Source: Takakia lepidozioides
Lineage: Eukaryota; Plantae; Bryophyta
Assembly: GCA_030704615.1 (NCBI GenBank)
Contig: CM060734.1
Coordinates: 13,516,001 to 13,580,000, forward strand
Direction: 5' to 3'
Length of the DNA stretch: 64,000 bases
The stretch's first letter is position 1; each line of letters opens with the position of its first letter. Shown piece by piece: positions 53,001 to 64,000 of the stretch. The position numbers and the translations under genes were made by a program. Under the pieces are notes generated by a model. That model did no database searches, was not told the DNA's origin, and worked only from the letters and a program-made list of their open reading frames with translations.

Positions 53001-56000
53001 ATGCATCATCAATAACACACATCTTTATGTGGTGGTTTTTGGGACGGGCACAGGTGAGGGTCTTCACTTGTCTTGAATTCTTGAAGCTTGCAGAGTCTGA
53101 TTCTTGCATAAGGGATTGCTGCTACCGCCTGAAGCTGCTGATACCAGTTGTTGTTTCAAATCTACCACCTTGTTGCCTTAAAACGGCTTCAAGTCTGCTC
53201 TAATGAGGATCGCCTTCTTACTCCTTACCCTTGTTTTTGGTTCTTGATGACCACTTCTACATGTTTTGGAGTTAAGACACACAAAGGGACTTCATAGAAA
53301 ACAAAATCTCTACTGAAGGCTCTGGCTGTTTTCAACAAAGGTATAGGGCTGCAGTTACAACTATGGTTGCATGGAAACTAGGCTCTGAAATGAAACATCA
53401 TGGCCTGGCTTTGATGGATCAGAAGATAGACCTTGTCTGATGACAAACATTCTTCAAGGCTCTCATATCACTGTGATTTCATTGCATGATAGGGGACAGG
53501 GGTTTATGAGTTCCTTTCTTTAACTGGCAGAGCTTTTTATGAGGCCCTGGAATACCACTCCAGGCCCATATCTGCTTGAGGGTACTCAGCCATGTGTTTT
53601 GTGTTGTTAGAAGTCTTGCCAATGTTTTGGCACTGAAGCACCTTTAGACCTGGCCCCATCATAATTTTGATTTTCAAGACCTGCTTGCTGGTAGGTGTTG
53701 TGTGTTTCTTACCTTCTACCCTGGCAGAGTTTTGATCATGAAGTCCTGGAATTCCATTCCAGACCTGCAGCTCCTTACAGATACTCAAATAAGCCATGTC
53801 ATTGCATGTAATGCTTGCTCATTCATTTGCAATGCTATGATACCTTCAGGCTGGCTGTTTTTTTAGGAAGGCGACTTATTCAAAAACTGGATTCTAAAAC
53901 AGTAACCTTTATGGTCCAGCAAGTAGCCTAGCATGACAGTTTTAAATACTTTTTCATGGCCTAAACCTGGTCATGATACACCTTGCTAGGTGTAGAGATA
54001 TTCTTACTTAGATAAAACTAAGCAAGAAAGACACTTGTTGCTTGAAGGGCTTGGTTCTGGAGATTATCTCCAAACCTGCAATCTGGTTTCTGAAATGAAG
54101 GTACAATCTGCAAGTATAGGGGAATTTTTTATTAAACCATGGTGCTTTCATGATATGATTGACCTGGAATTCTGAGTTATTTATTTTTTACCCTAGCAGA
54201 GCTGTTTATGAGGCCCTGTAATACCAATCCAGGCCTGCATATGCCTGAAAAAACTCAGCCCTGTTTCTACTTTATGAATCTTGCATGTGTCTTGGCACTG
54301 ATAGATCGGTTTCAAGCCAACACAAGATGCCTTTTTAGGAAGATAAATGGCTCAAGAACTGGATTATGTAAGGCTTGATCCATGTCAACAAAAAATGAGG
54401 AATCATTATGTCAACAGGCAAATGCTTAAGACATGTATGGCTTGCTGTTTCAATTGCAATTTAAAGTACTATGTGCTTGGCTCTCGAGATTTATCTCCAG
54501 ACCTGCAATCTGGTTTTTGAAATGATGTTACAATCGGCAAGTATGGTGGTGATCGTTGTATGTCAAACTATGGTGCTTTCATAATATGATTGACCAAGAA
54601 TCCCACCCTCCCACCCTGTTTTTTCAGATACCCCGAAATGTAATGGGATATTCAAATGAGATGGTAAACATGGAAGTGGTTGTTAGATGGTGCCCTGTAA
54701 AGGGCTGCTTTGTCTTTAATGACAATGACCTTAGTGGTCTTTGTCCATGTCTTGACATGACATGTATATCTTCCCTCTCTTTATCTGATCAGTGTACTTA
54801 GTGGTTTTTGTACACACCATCTACCCTTCTCCTTTCCTGTTTCATCTTCTCATTCTGATGTACTGACAATATTTTTTGAGGAGCCTTGGTAGATAGGCAA
54901 CAAACACATTCCAAACTGGAATGATGAACTGAAAGCCTTGGGGTATGAATCCCCCTTGGCCAGGTATGATCTTCTCCAGCAATAGTATGGTTGATTGATT
55001 GGGTATGAAAAGTAAGGCATCCTTGATGATACCTGAAATAAGCATAGAGCATCTAAAGGACTTTTGAATGCCGATATTATGAGCTAAGCCCTGGTAAGAC
55101 AACTTACGGGAGTATATGTACACCTTATACATGATCCGGTCGATGCACACTACTTTTGTTAGCTAGTCTCTTGTAGCCGATGCCTTATATCAGAATCAGA
55201 TACCTTATGATTGAGTGACTACCAAGTCCTTTGATCAAGTGCTTTTATACTTCTCTTAGATATGGCTTCGCTCCTTGTGGCACCATAAAAAAATACCCAA
55301 CTCTAATCTGTTGCTAGAAGATGTTTTGTCCATATCACACGCATGGTACTACAGACCTGAGCTGCTGTTGTATCTTGACAAGGTTCCTTGAACGAGGTTC
55401 CTTCCCTAGCCTGTTCGATGCACACTACTTTTGTTAGCTAGTCTCTTGCAGCCAATCCCCTGGCATGGCAGAACCTTACGGAGTGAGTGTGGTATACACT
55501 CACCCCGTAAGGGAGTGCATACCAGACCCCTTCTCATAAGGTTTCCCCTCTTCCATGTAGTTCTATCCTTAGGGAGTAGAATCTTACATCCTCTCTTCCT
55601 CGGGTCATGAATGAAACATTGGCATAAAGTGTATCATAGCAAGACTGGTATAGTATCACGAGAAAAGAACAGAGAGTTCAGTGGTATACATAGCTCTGGA
55701 TAGGTACAAGTTTTTAGAAAATACCTTTCAGTTTCTCAATAAGCTCTCACACAGGGAAGAACCGGCTAGGGAAGGAACCTCGTTCAAGGAACCTTGTCAA
55801 GATACAACAGCAGCTCAGGTTTGTAGTACCATGCCTGTGATATGGACGAAAAATCTTCTAGCAACAGATTAGAGTTGGGTATTTTTTTATGGTGCCACAA
55901 GGAGCGAAGCCATATCTAAGAGAAGTATAGAAGCACTTGATCAAAGGACTTGGTAGTCACTCAATCATAAGGTATCTGATTCTGATATAAGGCATGGGTC

Positions 56001-56949
56001 CCTCTCTCTTCCTCTCTCCCTCTCCCTCTATAATTCTTTGGATTTCATCTGGCCTTAACCTTTTTAATGCTGGTTATTTGGTTGTTCATCCCAATTCCCT
56101 TTTCATCCAAAATTGGATGAATTTTTTGAAGGATGATGACGCTTACTCTGCAGATTTTGGTTTTTCATCCTAATCTCCTTTCTCATCCAAATTTGGATGA
56201 AATTATTAGGATGATGACCCTTACTGTGCATAAATCTTGGTTTATCATTTGTTTTCTCTTTTTTCATCCAAACGGGATGAATTCCATGAATGACGGTGAC
56301 CTATTTTAATCCAGGAGAGAGTAATTTTACCATCATTTGTTATAAATGATGGCAGTTATTAAACTTGAGCCTATACCCTAACCCTAAAAGTTACATTTTT
56401 AATGGATGTCATCCATTGACGAGTGCATCTCCTGCCAGAATGCGACTTTTCATCCCCCCTGGATGAGAAATCGGGGATCTGTGTCATAAGCAGGTCGACA
56501 CCTTTCACAGCACAGAGCTCGTGCTTCAGGGATCCTTGATGATGCGCCGTGTAAATCTGCTCCCCAACTGCTGCATGGTACTCGTGATGGCTGGCTCTTG
56601 GGATGCGCATTGGCGGTTATGCAGATTCATACCGGCCCCAGCCGATGTGATTGTTACCATGATTATCGATAAACCAGAGTCGAGCAAAGCGAATGAAAGG
56701 GCTTCAATACTGGCGGCAGTTAATACCAGTGTTGCAATGGTGGTGTCAGGAGGCAAAGATGCAAGCAGCCAATCGTCTTTTGCAACGAAGCTCCGTGATT
56801 GAGTTGAGGGATTGCAAGTCGTAGCAGCAGAAGCCCTTGATCACGAGGACTTGCAGAAGTAATTGGCTGATTTGAGGGTTACGCATATCGCTACCCTATC
56901 GCGCAATCAACAATTACAGCTTGCATGGGATGATGCAATGGTCAGAAGC

Positions 56950-57739
56950 GATATTGCGACCAAATACGTGACTAAGTGGGCTGAAGCAATGGCCACCGCA
57001 CCGATACAGCCAAGGTTGTGGCACAGTTTCTTTATGAGAATGTCATCACTCGATTTGGTTGTCCTCGAGAGCTTGTGAGCGATCGTGGTACACATTTCTT
57101 GAATTCTACTATTGAGCAGATGACTTCTAAGTATGTAATTAAACATCGGAAAACTACACCTTATCACCCACGGGCTAATGGCCAGACTGAGAAGACCAAT
57201 GGGTTGCTATGTGGGATTTTAACGAAGACAATTTCTGATACTGGCAGTGATTGGGACACGAAGCTATTCCCACATTATGGGCCTATCAGACTGCATTTAA
57301 AGTCACTACCGGATTTACTCCATTTCAGTTGGTTTATAGACAAGAGGCAATATTGCCTATCGAGCTTGAAATTCCTTCCCTCCGCATAGCTATTGAGGAA
57401 TGATTGGGCGATGTTCCGTCCCTATCGGCTCGTCTGTTGCAATTAGTCAAGTTGGATGAACTTCGTCGACAGGCGTTACAGAACATTGAAGTCACACAAT
57501 TGCGACGGAAGGACTATTATGATAGTCGTCTTAAACCCAAGATATTTAAAGCTCAAGATTTGGTACTTCTTTATGATAGTCGTTTTCAAAAATTTCTTGA
57601 TAAATTGAAGATGCGATGGCTCAGGCCATACCAGGTGGTGGAAGCTTCTCCAAATGGCTCGATACAATTGGCTACCATCAATGGCGACCCAGTGCCGACA
57701 CGGATAAACAGCGATCGTCTTAAGTTATTTCTTACTTAA
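56950..57739 (+). pseudogene. Ty3/gypsy integrase fragment (second family)
   Basis: TKWAEA..FLYENVITRFGCPRELVSDRGTHF..TPYHPRANGQTEKTN; DLVLLYDSR..KLKMRWLRPY; purine tract AAGTGGGAGGGGG at ~57765. Confidence 0.88.
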
Positions 57740-58104
57740 TGATTCTGTGGGCAGAATTTAGGTTAAGTGGGAGGGGGTGTCAATCAGCTATTAGTCAATT
57801 CAATTTTTTTAAAAAACAAACTATATTATCTAGAATGAATGAAGTAAATGCGAAGGGTACAGAGAGTCATTATGAGTGTACAAAGCGCCGCCGTTTGTCA
57901 CAGCCGATAGATTGGGTCGAGACGGTTAGTTCTTTATGGTTGTAGGACGATCGTAACCGTATCTGACAGCTGTTAGGTTAAGCCATCATGTGCGATAGAT
58001 AGGAGTGGGGCCCTTCTTGCCATTTTCACTGTCTGTCCATTGTTCTTGCAGCTCAGATAGTTTGTCGTAATAAGAAGTGTGAGTGCAGTGAGTGGAGAGA
58101 GAGA

Positions 58105-58701
58105 GTGTTTCTCCGAGAGGTGAGGAAAGTCATCAGGATGGTGAAGAAAGCTGTGCAACAGTCTTTGCCAGGAGCAGTTTCAATGATGGCGGGGGAGTTG
58201 CGAGGGGGAGATATTAATTTGATTCTGGGCGGTCGTGAGCAGAGAGCACAGTGGAGACAGTCCGGGATGTTAGAGTTCTTGTTATTGTCTGCGAAGAGTC
58301 TGCCAAAGGCCAGTATGGCCACGGTCATGCAATTCTATAATTCTTATGATCCTGTTACTAGGACTGGAACAGTCAATAACATTGAGATATTAGTGGATGT
58401 GCGTACTATCACGAAAGTCTTTCTATTGTCTCAGGCCGGTTTTGATGTTGATGGTTTTAAGGACGAGTCTTTTGTTCCCAATGATTACTTCAAGGGGGGC
58501 TCCACCGCATGTAATCAGACGGGAGGCTGGGCTGTTGCCAAGGTGCTTAAGCCAGAGTTAATGGAATGGATGAAGTTCGCAGTTAGTCGATTGGCAATGA
58601 AGAAAGTGTCCACTTATGTAGCCCGGTCAAAATCGAATGTGGTTGTATCAACATTTCAAGGTTTTCAACTCAATTGGGCAGAATTTGTTTGCGGGAATTA
58701 G
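58105..58701 (+). pseudogene. Accessory ORF downstream of the integrase, probably retrotransposon 3' ORF
   Basis: VMQFYNSYD..TVNNIEILVDVRTITKVFLL..LNWAEFV resembles plant gypsy accessory ORFs; positional evidence. Confidence 0.4.
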
Positions 58702-58779
58702 ATCCATGAGGAATTGATCTCCAAAAAGAAGAGTGGGAAGACAGACATACTGAACTGTGCAATCCATTTCAACGCTGGG

Positions 58780-58915
58780 GGCCAGTACCAGAAATTGTCT
58801 TCGTTAAAATCCCATATAACAACCCATTGTGCTTCTCAGTCTGGCCATTAGCCCGTGGGTGATAAGGTGTAGTTTTCCGATGTTTAATTACATACTTAGA
58901 AGTCATCTGCTCAAT
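58780..58915 (-). repeat. Short inverted duplicate of integrase segment ~57110-57245
   Basis: agaaattgtcttcgttaaaatccca..catctgctcaat is the reverse complement of ~57110-57236. Confidence 0.8.
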
Positions 58916-59639
58916 CACCCCCACTACGACTCCCTATGCTACGACCACCCCCACTCGGAGCCCCCACCGCAACCCTATAGCGGGGCCCCACATAGTGAGG
59001 GGAGGGGTCGTTCGGCCCCTACTGCCACTGTTGCCGCCATCATAGGGGCAGCCCCTCTTGTGTCCCGGGCCCCGCTAATTTTAGGTAAACGGCTACTACA
59101 AATGTCATGCGACGCCCGCAAATTTTCGGTAGCCACGTCGTAATGACTATTCCTCCTTGGTCCCCCATCCGCGCACCTCCCGAAGCTCCACACGCCTGGC
59201 CACACATGTGGGGCTGACCACTCCATGCGCCCTAGTCCCCCACACAGCACCTCCCGAAGCTCCACATGCTTGGCCACACATGTGGGGCCAACAACTCCAT
59301 GCCTTGGTCTAGCTCGCCAAAACTGGCTCGCCACTCCTCTAAAAACTCGTGGGCCCGCCTTTCCTTTTCCTAGCCTTGCCCCTACTTCCCCACCCATACC
59401 CTAAGTATGATTAATATCTAGTATTTCACCAAAAATTATACTTCTCATATTTTAAGAAAATATATTAGAAACAGAAACACCATAGAGCGGCCGCTCACAA
59501 ATCAAGCCCCTTAATTATAGTGAGAGGAGAAAATAATCTCTTTCAAAGTAACAAGGCTCATTTTCAAATTGAATATAATCCCAATAAATAGTTTTACCTT
59601 ACTTAAGGTTTATCATTGAGTCTTGTTTGATGGGTGTGA

Positions 59640-60110
59640 CCTGTCGAAAGGTTGTTCCTAGTTTTGAAAATTCCTCTATGTTATTATACCCTCCATAGGG
59701 TTGTGCTTGTCAATTTTTCAATTAAGCAGAATTTAGACAAATATATTTACCTAATAGAAGGTTATTCCTGTCATTGAGTTATGATCGATGGATAGCTGCC
59801 GGAAGGTTGTTCATGTCAAATTTTAAATTGCTCAATCCAAACATATTGGGATACCCTCCGGAAGATTTTTTAAATCATTTCTTAACTTGCACATAATCCA
59901 AACAAATATATTTAATACCTTACGGAAGGTTGTTTATGCCATTATTAGGTCATGCACGATGAATACTTGTCGGAAGGTTGTTCATGACAATTTTAAAATT
60001 GCTCAATCCAAACATATTGGTATACCCTCCGGAAGATTGTTGTGCGTCATTTTTTAACTTGCATAAAATCCAAGCAAATATGCTTAATACCTTACGGAAG
60101 GTTGTTTCTA
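59640..60110. repeat. About 170-bp tandem duplication with recurring GGAAGGTTGTT motif upstream of Miro
   Basis: 59800-59935 resembles 59971-60105; motif also near 59646 and 59757. Confidence 0.7.
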
Positions 60111-60426
60111 CCATTAGATCATGCTATGCTATATAACCTCCCCGAAAATACAAAGAGAATTTTTTTGAAGGTTTCCCGGGTGGAGGCTTTTGACGCTGCA
60201 TACGTAGACGAGAAACGGTAAACCTGCTTTATCCGTTAAGGTCCCTTAACCTGGCCCTTTTTGACCCGGAGAGCTTAGGGTTCAGAGGGAGGTGGAAAGC
60301 AGATTAAAATTCGGGGAAAAGAAGCTTCAAGACTGAAGGGTCGCGGGCTGCTGCGTAGGCGACGGCTCCGAAGGATCTTTGCATATTGAATGTTGCTGTG
60401 TTTCGGTGATCTCGGGAGAGGGAGAA

Positions 60427-64000
<3,574 letters not shown>

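Larger units (their letters stand above)
35933..56630. repeat. Tandem array of a ~3.7-kb unclassified repeat: copy 1 35933-51189 (split by element C), copy 2 51190-54930, partial copy 3 from 54931 with inverted segment ~55415-55995
   Basis: Unit start gaaagccttggggtatgaatcccc at 35933, 51190, 54931; duplicated ORF-track entries (37637/52979, 51101/54842). Confidence 0.85.

Noticed and set aside
23157-56802. Recurrent short ORFs in the 3.7-kb repeat family (e.g. MMMRRINLL.., MCIDRIMYK..) as genes
   Set aside because: No recognisable domain and frames are not preserved between copies.
57765-57800. PPT plus start of a 3' LTR
   Set aside because: A purine tract followed by TG is present, but no matching LTR is in the window and an ORF follows, so it cannot be supported.

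Overview
Land-plant nuclear DNA (spliceosomal introns, plant-type Miro GTPase gene from 60427) made almost entirely of nested transposable elements. A minus-strand Ty3/gypsy pol was hit by a CACTA element (19278-31073, ATG TSD) and by Mutator-like element A (right end 19213, left end outside the window). A second Mutator-like element B (3342-17714, TSD CCACCAAT) sits inside A's transposase gene. A third, C (39222-50821, TSD CAAACTAT), sits in a ~3.7-kb tandem repeat whose empty site is visible at ~54564. Main finding: both complete elements (B, C) carry, head-to-head with a GCM-like/MULE/SWIM transposase, a multi-intron cargo gene. It encodes an N-terminal ParB/Srx-like domain (WDGNHR) fused to a C-terminal beta-class N6-adenine/N4-cytosine DNA methyltransferase-like fold with degenerate motifs. 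Each of the three elements also carries its own 22-24-bp palindrome in non-coding DNA and introns, varying mainly at the central YR dinucleotide. This looks like a transposon-encoded protein plus cognate-site system; its function is inference only. All TE genes here have stops or frameshifts. Domain calls come from motif recognition by eye, not database searches.
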